From a virus (Duplodnaviria > Caudoviricetes): a stretch of 64,000 nucleotides of DNA. Both the position numbers and the translations under genes were made by a program. A model generated the notes under the pieces. It had not been told where the DNA came from. It worked only from the letters and a program-made list of their open reading frames with translations, and searched no databases. How positions within the stretch are numbered: the stretch's first letter is position 1; every line of letters starts with the position of its first letter. This document shows positions 19,128-29,035 of this stretch, piece after piece. The stretch lies in the IMG/VR virus record IMGVR_UViG_3300021400_000130, positions 32,001 to 96,000 of that record; one strand, 5' to 3'.

Positions 19128-21178
19128 TATACAAAGGAAGTGAGCAGACTTTGCCTGACACACTAAATATAGATTACTCAGTCATACAAAAAGAATTAAA
19201 CAATCTTTCAGAGGAAGAAAAACAACTAGCAATACAGATATTGCAACAGTATTCTCAATCTGGATCTTCTGAAGTCTATAAAGATTTAATCTATCAAGAT
19301 TACGCAGAAATACCTGTTGATATAGAAACATTTCTATATGATGAAGAATACTTAGGCAAGAGTCTTATAAACTCAGAAGGAAAGAAAACAGTATATCCTT
19401 ACTGGGTAGAAACACTTAAAAAAATTTTTCCAAACAATGTAGACACAAGTTACAATACACTTGCTTTAACAGGTTCAATTGGTATTGGTAAGTCTTTTGT
19501 AGCTGTTCTGTGTATGCTTTATCAATTATACAGAATGATGTGTTTGAAAGACCCTTACTTACACTACGGGTTACAGCCAATTGATAAAATTACGTTTGCA
19601 TTTATCAATATAACAATGGATGCGGCAGCAGGTGTTGGTTGGCAGAAGTGTCAAGAGTTACTACAGAATTCACCTTGGTTTATGAAACGGGGTGCAGTTT
19701 CCGGAAATACAAACATTGTTTGGGTTCCGCCTGAAGGAATTGATTTATTATATGGTTCATTACCAAGACACATTCTAGGTCGTGCAGTATTTGCTTGCTT
19801 CTGCGATGAGATTTCTTTCGTTCCTACACAAGATGTAGAAATGCAGAAGAAGAAAGCAAAAGAACTAGTTAGTGCTGCTAGTGCTCGTATGCAATCTCGT
19901 TTTATGCACGGAGAGTATAATCCTACTCTGCTCATTCTTGCATCTTCTAAAAGAACTGAACAATCCTATATGGAAACATTCATACAAGGCAAGAAAAAGA
20001 ATGAGAGTAAAACAACATATATTGTAGACGAGCCACAGTGGGTTATTAGAACCGATAAAAATAGTAGTGTTAAATTTAAAGTAGCAGTTGGAAATAAGTT
20101 TCTGGACAGCGAAGTTGTTCCTCTAGATGCAACAGAAGAAGATATCCAAGCGTACCGGGACAGAGGATATACTTTACTAGATGTCCCAATGGGCTATTAC
20201 GAAAACTTTGTTGATGATATTAATATTGCATTAACAGATATCGCAGGAATTTCTACTTCGGGAACTACAAAATATATTGCTGGTAGTAGACTTGCAGCTA
20301 TTAGAAATGATAATAGAAAGAATCTATTTACAAAAGAATTAATAACTGTGGGCGATGGTCCTAATGATACCGCACAGTATTATGACTTTATTGATAAGAC
20401 TAGAATAGATTCTGTGCTAAAATCAAGACCGTTGTATATACACCTTGATATGTCGTTAACAGGAGACGCAACTGGTATTGGTGGCGTCTGGATAAATGGT
20501 AAGAAACCAACCAAACCTGGTGAGGATCCGTCTAAAGATCTTTACTATACACTTGCATTTCATGTTAGTGTTAAAGCTCCAAAAGGATGCCAAGTCTCAT
20601 TTGAGAAAAATAGAAATTTTATAAGATGGTTAAGAAATGAAGGTTTCAATATAAAAGGACTTTCAGCAGATACTTTCCAATCTTATGATTTGTTACAAGT
20701 TCTAAAAGCAGAGCATTTTAATACTTCAATTATTTCCGTTGATAGAGTTGATAGAGAACAAAGAGTGTGTCTTCCGTATCTAACTCTAAAAAATGCTATC
20801 TATGAACAGCGTCTGGATATGTATCCTACAACAAGACTTGTAGAAGAATTAATAAGTCTTGAAAAAGACGGAAATGGTAAGATAGATCACCCACCTATGT
20901 TTTCAAAAGACGCGGCTGACGGAATATGTGGAGCACTATATAATGCTTCACAACACGCGGAGGAATTTTCTTTTGAATGGGGAGATACTATACAGACTAC
21001 AATTGATGTTAGCTCTAGCGGTGTCGAACTTGATAAGAAACAAATTGTATTAAATTTTGAAGAAGAGCTAAAGAAACTAGACCCAACACAATCAGAAAAA
21101 TCATCTTTCATAGATTTTGGAATGGGAAAAGCACAGGACCTCTATTCTTCATATCTATTGAATGGAATTATCTTGTAA
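19121..21178 (+). CDS. terL: Terminase large subunit
   Basis: Walker A TGSIGIGKS, Walker B CFCDEI, ILASS coupling motif; RNase H-like nuclease HLDMSLTGDATG and KIDHP..SKDAADG; start may be TTG at 19151. Confidence 0.92.
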   Translation: MVIYKGSEQTLPDTLNIDYSVIQKELNNLSEEEKQLAIQILQQYSQSGSSEVYKDLIYQDYAEIPVDIETFLYDEEYLGKSLINSEGKKTVYPYWVETLKKIFPNNVDTSYNTLALTGSIGIGKSFVAVLCMLYQLYRMMCLKDPYLHYGLQPIDKITFAFINITMDAAAGVGWQKCQELLQNSPWFMKRGAVSGNTNIVWVPPEGIDLLYGSLPRHILGRAVFACFCDEISFVPTQDVEMQKKKAKELVSAASARMQSRFMHGEYNPTLLILASSKRTEQSYMETFIQGKKKNESKTTYIVDEPQWVIRTDKNSSVKFKVAVGNKFLDSEVVPLDATEEDIQAYRDRGYTLLDVPMGYYENFVDDINIALTDIAGISTSGTTKYIAGSRLAAIRNDNRKNLFTKELITVGDGPNDTAQYYDFIDKTRIDSVLKSRPLYIHLDMSLTGDATGIGGVWINGKKPTKPGEDPSKDLYYTLAFHVSVKAPKGCQVSFEKNRNFIRWLRNEGFNIKGLSADTFQSYDLLQVLKAEHFNTSIISVDRVDREQRVCLPYLTLKNAIYEQRLDMYPTTRLVEELISLEKDGNGKIDHPPMFSKDAADGICGALYNASQHAEEFSFEWGDTIQTTIDVSSSGVELDKKQIVLNFEEELKKLDPTQSEKSSFIDFGMGKAQDLYSSYLLNGIIL

Positions 21179-21199
21179 GCAGTTTACAAAGGAGTTACA

Positions 21200-23122
21200 A
21201 TGGACGAAATAAAAGATCAAAATTCAGTATTTGCTGATGGTACTGATATATATGGAACTAGAATAAATCCTGTTCCTGCTCCTCAGAAGACAATCGGAGC
21301 TGATACTTCGGGCGAATTCTATGATGCTCTTATTAATGGTGTTAAATCAAGTATGATGGACATCAGTAAGTTGGAGTCCTTCAGTCAAGTTTCTCAGAAT
21401 AGAGAGATGCTATATGAAGTAATTGACACTATGTGTGAAGATACTACAATAGCTGCAGCACTTGAAATATATTCTGAGGACTCTACTGAAACAGCTGAGA
21501 CTGGAAGAATAGTATGGTGTCAGTCCGACGATGAAGCAGTTTCGAAATATATCACATATCTATTAGATGTGTTGAATGTTGATAAGAATATATTTAAATG
21601 GGTATACTGTTTGTGCAAATATGGGGATCTTTATTTACGTCTTTATAGAGAATCTGACATGGAGGATAAACTGTTCGCAACTGAGTCCAATTCTGAGCAT
21701 AGAAAAGATCTAAGAGAACAGTTTGAACATTTAGATGATCCAAAAGAACCTGTAAATGAATCTGTTACAGTACATGCTTATAATGCTAATGACAGATATG
21801 CCCAGTATGTCGAGATGGTACCAAACCCCGCAGAGATGTTTGAGTTAACAAAGTTTGGAAAGACTTATGCTTATATCAAAGCCCCTGTTAGAAATGGTGT
21901 AGAAAGAACACAAGATTCTATAAGTGTTCCGATGTGGAGATATATGTTTAAGAAGAGCGATGTTTCTGTTTACGATGCTACTACATTTGTTCACGCTTCT
22001 CTTGAGGACGATTTTCAAAGATTTCCCGAATATGTTGATATATTCTTAGACGACAACATTGAAAATACTGGCGAGGATAATAAACTAAGTTATACAGTTC
22101 GTCATGGTCAGTCAATACTATATTCTGTTTATAAACTTTGGAGATCCTTAACACTGTTGGAGAATTCATTACTTCTTAACAGGTTAACAAAGAGCTCAGT
22201 ATTGAGAATTATAAATGTTGAAGTAGGAGATATGCCTAAAGAGAATGTTGGTAAACATATGATGGGCATAAAGGCGTTGTTTGAACAGAAAGCAGCTCTT
22301 GATACTGGAAACATAATGTCCGAGTATACAAATCCAGGACCTATGGAGAATTGTATTTATGTTCCTATTCATAATGGAATAGGAAATATTACTCCACAAC
22401 AAGTTGGCGGAGATGTTGATGTTAAAGGACTTAGCGACATTGATTATTTCAAGAATAAATTATACAGTGGTTTAAAGATTCCTAAACAGTATCTTGGTGA
22501 CACTGATGATAGCGCTGGGTTCAATGGTGGAACTGCACTTTCTTTAATTTCTTCTAGATACGCTAAAACAATAAAGAGGATTCAAAGTACTATAACTCAG
22601 TTAATTACTGATCTGATAAATTTAATGCTTTTGGATAAAGGTCTATTAGCTTATGTAAACAAGTTCACAATTAAAATGCAACCTCCAACAACACAAGAAG
22701 AGATTGATAGAAGAGACAACATGTCTTCTAAAGTAGGAGTTGCTCAAGACATCATGAACTTACTAGGCGACATTGAAGATCCTGTTCAGAAGTTAAAGAT
22801 ACTAAAGATATTACTTTCTGAGATTATAAGTGATCCCGAGGTAATAGATGTAGTACAAGAAGAAATTGATAGATTAGAAGCAACTCCAGAAATGGAAACA
22901 ACTGACGACGATGACTCCTCAATGGACATGGACATTAGTATGTCCGGTCCTAGAGGCCCAAGATCTTCACTCCCCATTGATAATATGAACATATCCCCCG
23001 AGGAGGGTTCAGAATCTGAATTTGGAGAAACTGAAGCTGAAGGATCACCAGAAGAGATGATCTCACAACTTCCTTCTCCAGCAGATTTAGGAATTGATAT
23101 GACAGACACAGCAAACATGTAA
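21200..23122 (+). CDS. Portal protein (T4 gp20-like)
   Basis: Follows terminase; IAAALEIYSED, LCKYGD.Y, GQSIL..VYKLWR.L.LLE, INVEVGDMP, DIDYFKNKLYSGLKIPKQYL; acidic C-tail. Confidence 0.88.
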   Translation: MDEIKDQNSVFADGTDIYGTRINPVPAPQKTIGADTSGEFYDALINGVKSSMMDISKLESFSQVSQNREMLYEVIDTMCEDTTIAAALEIYSEDSTETAETGRIVWCQSDDEAVSKYITYLLDVLNVDKNIFKWVYCLCKYGDLYLRLYRESDMEDKLFATESNSEHRKDLREQFEHLDDPKEPVNESVTVHAYNANDRYAQYVEMVPNPAEMFELTKFGKTYAYIKAPVRNGVERTQDSISVPMWRYMFKKSDVSVYDATTFVHASLEDDFQRFPEYVDIFLDDNIENTGEDNKLSYTVRHGQSILYSVYKLWRSLTLLENSLLLNRLTKSSVLRIINVEVGDMPKENVGKHMMGIKALFEQKAALDTGNIMSEYTNPGPMENCIYVPIHNGIGNITPQQVGGDVDVKGLSDIDYFKNKLYSGLKIPKQYLGDTDDSAGFNGGTALSLISSRYAKTIKRIQSTITQLITDLINLMLLDKGLLAYVNKFTIKMQPPTTQEEIDRRDNMSSKVGVAQDIMNLLGDIEDPVQKLKILKILLSEIISDPEVIDVVQEEIDRLEATPEMETTDDDDSSMDMDISMSGPRGPRSSLPIDNMNISPEEGSESEFGETEAEGSPEEMISQLPSPADLGIDMTDTANM

Positions 23123-23153
23123 TTTAGCCAATTATATTGGGAAAGGAAACAGA

Positions 23154-23624
23154 ATGGCAATATCAAAGATAGATTGTTTAGCATTACTAGATGATTTAGA
23201 AGAGAACGGAATTGACACTTCTACGATGGTACGCAAGTTAGTAAAACTGTCCGAACCAAACATAGAAATTTTAAAGTTTATAAATGATAATAGACAACTT
23301 GACCTTGCTGCTTTTTACGAAAAACTTAGAAAAAGTTACAATGCTAAAAGGTCAACACTGTATATAAATCTGATGAAAGATCCTGATGTTAATAACATCA
23401 ATAAAGTATTAGCTACTTTGAATTCATATGCTTTACAAGTAACACTTTTTGCTAGTGGTGTAGAAAATAAACAAATCTTTTTCAGATTTGCAAGACTACA
23501 AGAAGTATATCAATGTTTATACTACTACACAAAAACATATGATTTAACAAACTGTTTAAGACTACTTTCTCTTATAAGGGCTGACATCAAAGTGTTAGAA
23601 ACTTGTTACAGAGATGTAAGTTGA
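23154..23624 (+). CDS. Hypothetical protein in head module
   Basis: AAGGA RBS; 156-aa helical ORF after portal. Confidence 0.6.
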   Translation: MAISKIDCLALLDDLEENGIDTSTMVRKLVKLSEPNIEILKFINDNRQLDLAAFYEKLRKSYNAKRSTLYINLMKDPDVNNINKVLATLNSYALQVTLFASGVENKQIFFRFARLQEVYQCLYYYTKTYDLTNCLRLLSLIRADIKVLETCYRDVS

Positions 23625-23649
23625 ATTCAACCAAAAAATCTACTATAAT
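23620..23649 (+). promoter_or_regulatory. sigma70/sigmaA promoter with a palindrome over the -35
   Basis: TTGAAT (23621-23626), 17-nt spacer, TATAAT (23644-23649); 12-bp palindrome GTTGAATTCAAC at 23620-23631. Confidence 0.75.
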
Positions 23650-23686
23650 ATTATTATCTATAAAATAACGGAGGTATGTATTTTAC

Positions 23687-23884
23687 ATGGAAAATATTGA
23701 ATCTGAATTTCTTTATATACATAGCTTGAAGTTAGCTGACAGACTAGTTAACGCAGGTGTCCGCTGTGAGGGAAAGAAAGTAAATGTTCAGAATCCAACG
23801 TACTGTGATTTTATTTTCAAGAATACTCCTACAGTACGACAAATAATGGAACAATATATAGCTGAAAAACGCGCAACAGAATAA
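23687..23884 (+). CDS. Small DUF5659-like protein (putative DNA-binding)
   Basis: YIHSLKLADRLVNAG...NxQNPxxxxFIFKNTPxxxxxMEQY pattern; GGAGG RBS. Confidence 0.55.
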   Translation: MENIESEFLYIHSLKLADRLVNAGVRCEGKKVNVQNPTYCDFIFKNTPTVRQIMEQYIAEKRATE

Positions 23885-23904
23885 CATAATTTACGGAGGA
23901 ACTT

Positions 23905-24810
23905 ATGGGTCTTACATCAAGAGAAAAGAAATTGCTTTCGCAGTTTGCAAACAATAATTACGGTCTCTATAACAAAACACTTGCAAAAAAGTTAGGTCTT
24001 CATGAAAGTATTTTTCTTGGAGAGATCATATCTGAATATGATTACTGGAGTAAAAGAAGAGAGTTAACAAAAGATGGTTACTTCTATAGCACGCTAGAAA
24101 ATGTTACAGAGGCAACTACACTTTCTGAATACCAACAAAGGTCTATTGTAAAACATCTGATACAGTTACATATAATTGACATGAAGATTGCGGGAATGCC
24201 CGCAAAGAGATACTTCAAGATAAATGAAGAAGAGCTATATAATGTTATAATCGAAGAGGATGTTCCTCAAGTTGTAGTGAATCAGAACTTAACTGAGTTA
24301 GTAACAAGTTCTAAAGAAAGTAAAGAACAAGATCTTAACTTAGTAAGGACAAATAATAACAATACAACAATAACAACAAATAATAACAATATTGAAACTG
24401 TTCCGTTTACAAGTATGAGTAGTAAATCAAATCTTCTTGAAGAAGGAATTAATCAGAATACTAGTAAGCCAAAGAGAAAATCTAATAAGGAACAGTGTAT
24501 TGACACAACATATGAAGTTATACACGATGCAGCACTAGCAGAGTATATTAATAGTTATCTAGTGGATCAACAATTGTATAAATCAATAAATAGTACACAA
24601 TGGAAAATGAGACTTGAAAATATTATCAAGTATGCTCAAGGAAGTATTGATTTAGCAAAAGAAATTGTAAAACAAACTTGGATGCGTGGATATAGAGATT
24701 TCTATCCAGTTACAACTACACAGACTGCAACTAAGCCTGCTTATACTGCAATTACTAGAAGCGAAGTAACAAATGACGCTCCTAAAGTAAGTGAAGATAT
24801 AATTTTTTAA
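23905..24810 (+). CDS. Phage replication initiator-like protein (N-terminal winged HTH)
   Basis: NKTLAKKLGLHESIFLGEI...DGYFYST......TTLSEYQQRSIVKHL....II......MPAKRYFKIN resembles Firmicute phage replisome-organiser N-termini; central Asn/Thr linker with DNA repeats. Confidence 0.7.
   Translation: MGLTSREKKLLSQFANNNYGLYNKTLAKKLGLHESIFLGEIISEYDYWSKRRELTKDGYFYSTLENVTEATTLSEYQQRSIVKHLIQLHIIDMKIAGMPAKRYFKINEEELYNVIIEEDVPQVVVNQNLTELVTSSKESKEQDLNLVRTNNNNTTITTNNNNIETVPFTSMSSKSNLLEEGINQNTSKPKRKSNKEQCIDTTYEVIHDAALAEYINSYLVDQQLYKSINSTQWKMRLENIIKYAQGSIDLAKEIVKQTWMRGYRDFYPVTTTQTATKPAYTAITRSEVTNDAPKVSEDIIF
24282..24391 (+). repeat. Iteron-like repeats plus A-rich direct repeat (putative origin) inside the initiator-like gene
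   Basis: Three degenerate 23-bp units at 24282, 24305 and 24328 (tcagaacttaactgagttagtaa / caagttctaaagaaagtaaagaa / caagatcttaacttagtaaggac); perfect ACAAATAATAACAATA repeat at 24349 and 24376. Confidence 0.45.
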
Positions 24811-24847
24811 TTTTATACTAAATTAAACTAGTTTACTTAAAACTTAG

Positions 24848-24857
24848 TGCTAAATTT
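24848..24857 (+). promoter_or_regulatory. Candidate late-promoter motif TGCTAAATTT upstream of prohead protease
   Basis: Intergenic copy of the recurrent TGCTAAATT motif. Confidence 0.5.
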
Positions 24858-24952
24858 ATACATTCAAATAATACCAGAGTGTAGGAAGATAATATATTAA
24901 TGACTTCAAAGCACTAACAGGTTCTTATAAGGACATGTTGAAAGGGATTTAG

Positions 24953-26482
24953 ATGAATAAGAATTCTAATGAAGAACTAAAATTTGATAATTCAGCTGTG
25001 CTTAGCGAAAAAGGCAGCCCTATATTAGGACGGTTGTCTGGGCCTGTTGCTGACATAATAAATCCAACAAGAAATGGAAGAAAGTATTCCGAAAAACTTT
25101 GGGAGAATGTTTTTAACAGCCCTATTGCACAGGAAACATTTGAAAACGGTGGATATTTCGGAGAGTTAGGTCACCCTGAAGGTCGTCAGGAAGTAGACAT
25201 GGAAAAGATTGCTATTTGCATGCCTAAGCCTCCTGTAAAGAATAGTGACGGTCAGTTGATTGGCAGCTTTGATATTCTAGATACACCAAATGGTCGTATT
25301 CTGAAAACACTTTGTGACTATGGTTACAGAATGGGTATTTCCTCTCGTGGTTCCGGAGAAGTTTCACTGGACATGGAAGGAAATGAAGCTGTTGATGAAG
25401 ACAGTTATGATTTCAGCTGTTTCGATGTAGTGTTACTTCCAGCTGTGAAAGCAGCCCGTATGGATTATGTAACTGAGTCCTTAGGTGACGAAAAAGTTAC
25501 ACTGAAACAAGCACTTGCAGAATCGTTAGACAAAGCAAATGATTCTGAAAGAAAAATTATGCAAGAGACGTTGAGTAATCTTCATCTTGAGTATATTCCA
25601 GAAGAGGTAATTAAAGTTAATGACGAAACGCCTGCTTCTGTTAATAATATAGAAGTTGTCGAAGAAAGCGTTGCAGTCGACAATAACGAGGCAGAACTTG
25701 TTGAGCAACTTCAAACCCTTATACGAGAGAATAAGGAAAAAGAAGAGCAGATAATTGAGTTACAAGAAAAGTTATCAGTTAGTTATACTAAAGAGGCTGC
25801 ATGTAATGAAAAGATGTCTAGATACCAACAGGCAATTCTGAAATTATCTGAAGACTCGAAGAAAGTCAAATCTCTCGAAGAACAGTTGAGTAAAGCACAA
25901 ACAGATCTTTCTAATGTTAAACAATCGCTTGTAGAATCAGAGAAAGCTTCAAAAGATCGCCAGGCCAAACTCCAAGAGAAATCAAAATCACTTGTTGAGT
26001 CTGTTGATAATAGTAAAAGAAAGATTAAAGAGTTGCAAGAACAGTTAAAGGCCGCTAATGAAAATAGTAATAGCGAAATTAACTCTCTAACAGAGCAACT
26101 TTCTAGTGCTAAGAAAGACTTAGAATTAAAGAAGACTGAATACTCGAAAAAACTTAGTGCTTCAAATAAGTTAGTTGAAAAGTATAAAACAATTGCATCT
26201 GGTGCAGTTAATCGTTATATTGAGTCACAAGCACTAAGATTAGGTGTATCTCATAATGAAATTTTGAATAGATTGCCTGATAGTTATACATTTGATGACA
26301 TTGACACAGTGTGTGAAAGTTTACAGTCTGTTAATCTGAATCTTAGTAAACTTCCGTTTCAATCAATGAAACTTGAAGGAAAATTAGGTGCTAGAGTTTC
26401 ATCTCCTAAGAAGTCTGTTTTACCTGGTAATCAAGATGATGTAGTTGATGATGATCTTTTAGCTCTAGCGGGATTAAAATAA
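24953..26482 (+). CDS. Prohead protease (T4 gp21/S77-like) fused to coiled-coil scaffold
   Basis: NGRKY, FGELGHP, ILDTPNGRIL, GISSRGSG, FDVV..PA motifs; C-terminal ~300-aa coiled coil with VTES, LAES, LVES, LTEQ, VCES sites. Confidence 0.9.
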   Translation: MNKNSNEELKFDNSAVLSEKGSPILGRLSGPVADIINPTRNGRKYSEKLWENVFNSPIAQETFENGGYFGELGHPEGRQEVDMEKIAICMPKPPVKNSDGQLIGSFDILDTPNGRILKTLCDYGYRMGISSRGSGEVSLDMEGNEAVDEDSYDFSCFDVVLLPAVKAARMDYVTESLGDEKVTLKQALAESLDKANDSERKIMQETLSNLHLEYIPEEVIKVNDETPASVNNIEVVEESVAVDNNEAELVEQLQTLIRENKEKEEQIIELQEKLSVSYTKEAACNEKMSRYQQAILKLSEDSKKVKSLEEQLSKAQTDLSNVKQSLVESEKASKDRQAKLQEKSKSLVESVDNSKRKIKELQEQLKAANENSNSEINSLTEQLSSAKKDLELKKTEYSKKLSASNKLVEKYKTIASGAVNRYIESQALRLGVSHNEILNRLPDSYTFDDIDTVCESLQSVNLNLSKLPFQSMKLEGKLGARVSSPKKSVLPGNQDDVVDDDLLALAGLK

Positions 26483-26507
26483 TATTAAAATAAGAGGTTA
26501 AAAAATT

Positions 26508-27827
26508 ATGACACTTTTAGAGCAATATAAAGGTCGTCTTGCCGTTTCTGAGTCCGTTTACGGAAAGACTCACGCTGGCGAGAAGATGGACAATCACAAG
26601 AAATTAGTTATTGCTAAAGTCCTTGACAATACTTCTAAGTTTATCGCAGAGGCATTTGATGCTGCAAGTGGTACTCAGAGAAGTGATCTTGGTCTTTACA
26701 AGAAATTCACTTTAAATCTTACAACCGTAGCACTTCCTAACCTGATCGCTCATGATCTAGTTATCGTGCATCCAATGAGCTCAATGAGCGGTTTCATTAC
26801 CTACATTGAGTATTCTGCTAGCAAGACCAAGGGTCAGACCACTGCTGGTAAGTTCCTGAATAGCCCCTTCGCTCTTGGCGATGTGGATCCCGACTACACT
26901 GGTGACAGAGTTGTTGAGAATGCTGCTGCTGGTGCTTCTCTTGTTCTTTCTTGGACTCCTGTTGTTAAGGAAGCTTTCGAAGACGAAGCAACCGGAACCA
27001 AGTATGATGTGAAGATTACTCACGCTGATGGTACTGTTGACTTTGCAAATGTTGGTGCTGATGGGAAGACCGTCACTCCTTCTGCTGCTTTCGTAGCTAC
27101 TGACCGTGTAGCTTACTTCTACGACAATATTGTTGTTCCTCAGAACGATCTGCCTATGCTTAAGGCTGAGATGAAGAACATCGCTCTCGTGGCAAAAGCT
27201 CGTAGAATTGCTGTTTTCTATTCTCAGATCGCTGCTTTCCAGGCTAAGACCGATTATGGTTTCGACCTTGGTGACCAGCTTGCAGAAAAAGCTGTTGGAC
27301 AGTTAGAGTACGAGATTGACACTGAGATCGTTCAGTTGCTGATTGACAATGCTCCTACTGATGAGACTCTGTCTTGGAGCAAGACCCTTCCTGTGGGCGT
27401 TTCCAAGTCTGAGCACTATCAAGGATTTATGGAAATCGTTGAAGATGCTAAGAGAATCGTGTATGACCGTACAAAGAGATTTGTTCCTAACTACATGATC
27501 TGCGCTAGCGATCTTATCCCTGTGTTCTCTTTCATTCGTGACTGGAATCCTGCTCCTGTAAGCGATGTTAATGGTCCTTACTTTGCTGGTACTCTCGGTT
27601 CACTGAAAGTATTCGTTTCTCCTGCACTCGACGCTGGTAAGTTCTTAGTTGGTGTCAATGGTTCCGACATGATGTCCAGCGCTGCTGTTTATGCTCCTTA
27701 CATGGCTGTTGTTCCTACTATGCTGCTTCAGTATGCAGATGGTGGTACATCACAAGGTTGGAGCACAATGTACGACCTGAAGATGCTGAACGCTAACCTG
27801 CTCGTTGCTGGTGGCATCACAGCTTAA
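26508..27827 (+). CDS. Major capsid protein (T4 gp23-like)
   Basis: PNLIAHDLVIVHPMSSMSGFI, AKARR, EIDTEI, AVYAPY motifs; strong codon bias; follows protease; FIAE-A candidate propeptide cleavage site. Confidence 0.93.
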   Translation: MTLLEQYKGRLAVSESVYGKTHAGEKMDNHKKLVIAKVLDNTSKFIAEAFDAASGTQRSDLGLYKKFTLNLTTVALPNLIAHDLVIVHPMSSMSGFITYIEYSASKTKGQTTAGKFLNSPFALGDVDPDYTGDRVVENAAAGASLVLSWTPVVKEAFEDEATGTKYDVKITHADGTVDFANVGADGKTVTPSAAFVATDRVAYFYDNIVVPQNDLPMLKAEMKNIALVAKARRIAVFYSQIAAFQAKTDYGFDLGDQLAEKAVGQLEYEIDTEIVQLLIDNAPTDETLSWSKTLPVGVSKSEHYQGFMEIVEDAKRIVYDRTKRFVPNYMICASDLIPVFSFIRDWNPAPVSDVNGPYFAGTLGSLKVFVSPALDAGKFLVGVNGSDMMSSAAVYAPYMAVVPTMLLQYADGGTSQGWSTMYDLKMLNANLLVAGGITA

Positions 27828-27860
27828 TCGTCGCACATTTAGCAGAAATACCTTATAATC

Positions 27861-27899
27861 ATATAGGGAGGGGAGTAGTCTCCCTTCCCTATATTTTTT
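27861..27899 (+). terminator. Rho-independent terminator after major capsid gene
   Basis: ATATAGGGAGGGGAG-TAGT-CTCCCTTCCCTATAT hairpin followed by a T-run. Confidence 0.9.
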
Positions 27900-27937
27900 G
27901 TATTACAAAGAAAATATTACAAGAAGGAACATATCAA

Positions 27938-28675
27938 ATGAAAAATGTTCTAAAAGAAGATTTTCAAGTACATGACACACTAAATCCTAAATTGTGGGAT
28001 AGTGAAAATAAATTACTACCTGAAGTTCGTCAGAAGATTGTAGATATTGTAGCTAATTTTGAGGAATATGTAGAAATACCAATACATATTGTTGACATCG
28101 TTCTGGTAGGAAGTAACGCCGCATATAATTACACTCAATATTCAGACTTAGATGTTCACATTATAGTTAACCCTGAGTTGGTTACAGATATTCCTGAAGA
28201 AGTACAAGTTCTTATATATAATATGAAAAAGTCTTCTTTCAATAAAGAGTTTGATATTAAGATAAAAGGGATAGCTGTTGAACTATATGTAGAGGATATG
28301 CACACCTCAGCTGTTTCCAATGGCATATATTCTGTGTGTGATGATAGATGGGTAAAAGAACCAAAACAGAATACTTCCATAACTAAACACAATGTTGAAA
28401 AAGATGTAGAAAATTGGGTTGAAAGAATTGAAGAATCTATAGCTACTAGTGATAGTGAAACAATTGGAAATACAGTAGATATATTGTATTTAATGAGGAA
28501 GAACTCTATTGCTACAGAGGGTGAATATGGAAAAGGAAATGAAGTATTCAAAACCTTAAGAGATAGAGGATATGTCAAGAAGCTGAAGGAAGCACTTAAT
28601 AGTGCTATTTCTTCTAACCTGTCTCTTGAGTCTTATACATATACAGGAAAATTCATAAATCTATTCGAGGAGTAA
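27938..28675 (+). CDS. Nucleotidyltransferase (Pol-beta superfamily) with LxE leader
   Basis: VLVGSNAAYNYTQYSDLDVHI (GS...DxD) plus a third carboxylate in VELY; leader MKNVLKED. Confidence 0.8.
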   Translation: MKNVLKEDFQVHDTLNPKLWDSENKLLPEVRQKIVDIVANFEEYVEIPIHIVDIVLVGSNAAYNYTQYSDLDVHIIVNPELVTDIPEEVQVLIYNMKKSSFNKEFDIKIKGIAVELYVEDMHTSAVSNGIYSVCDDRWVKEPKQNTSITKHNVEKDVENWVERIEESIATSDSETIGNTVDILYLMRKNSIATEGEYGKGNEVFKTLRDRGYVKKLKEALNSAISSNLSLESYTYTGKFINLFEE

Positions 28676-28679
28676 ACAA

Positions 28680-28991
28680 ATGAATAAATTAGTACTAGAA
28701 GAGTCTTTGAATACTCTCAATGAACAAGAATTAAAAGAAGCGGATTTTAGGGATGTTAGAAATAAAGTTGATGAATTTCTTGAGAACTATTACGAGCGTA
28801 AAGTATTTGAATTTCTAACAGAAGAACAAGCAACTGTGCAAGAAGTTATGCAAGCTGTACCTGAGTATAATCCAGATTGGTGCCCAGAGGACTACACTGA
28901 TGAAGTAGCAAGAATTGAACAAACTTGCGGAGAGTCTATGATTAATGCACTTGTGAGTGCAGGATTAAGAACTTTGTTTCTTGATGCGTAA
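28680..28991 (+). CDS. Small acidic protein with LxE leader
   Basis: MNKLVLEESLNTLNEQELKEA contains several LxE motifs; GAGG RBS. Confidence 0.55.
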   Translation: MNKLVLEESLNTLNEQELKEADFRDVRNKVDEFLENYYERKVFEFLTEEQATVQEVMQAVPEYNPDWCPEDYTDEVARIEQTCGESMINALVSAGLRTLFLDA

Positions 28992-29035
28992 ATAATAATC
29001 TACTAATTAAAGTAAGAAGGAGGTATAATTAATCT

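Noticed and set aside
19121-27827. Inteins, introns or homing endonucleases in terminase, portal or capsid genes
   Set aside because: ORFs are continuous and of plausible size; no intein splice motifs or LAGLIDADG/HNH/GIY-YIG signatures recognised
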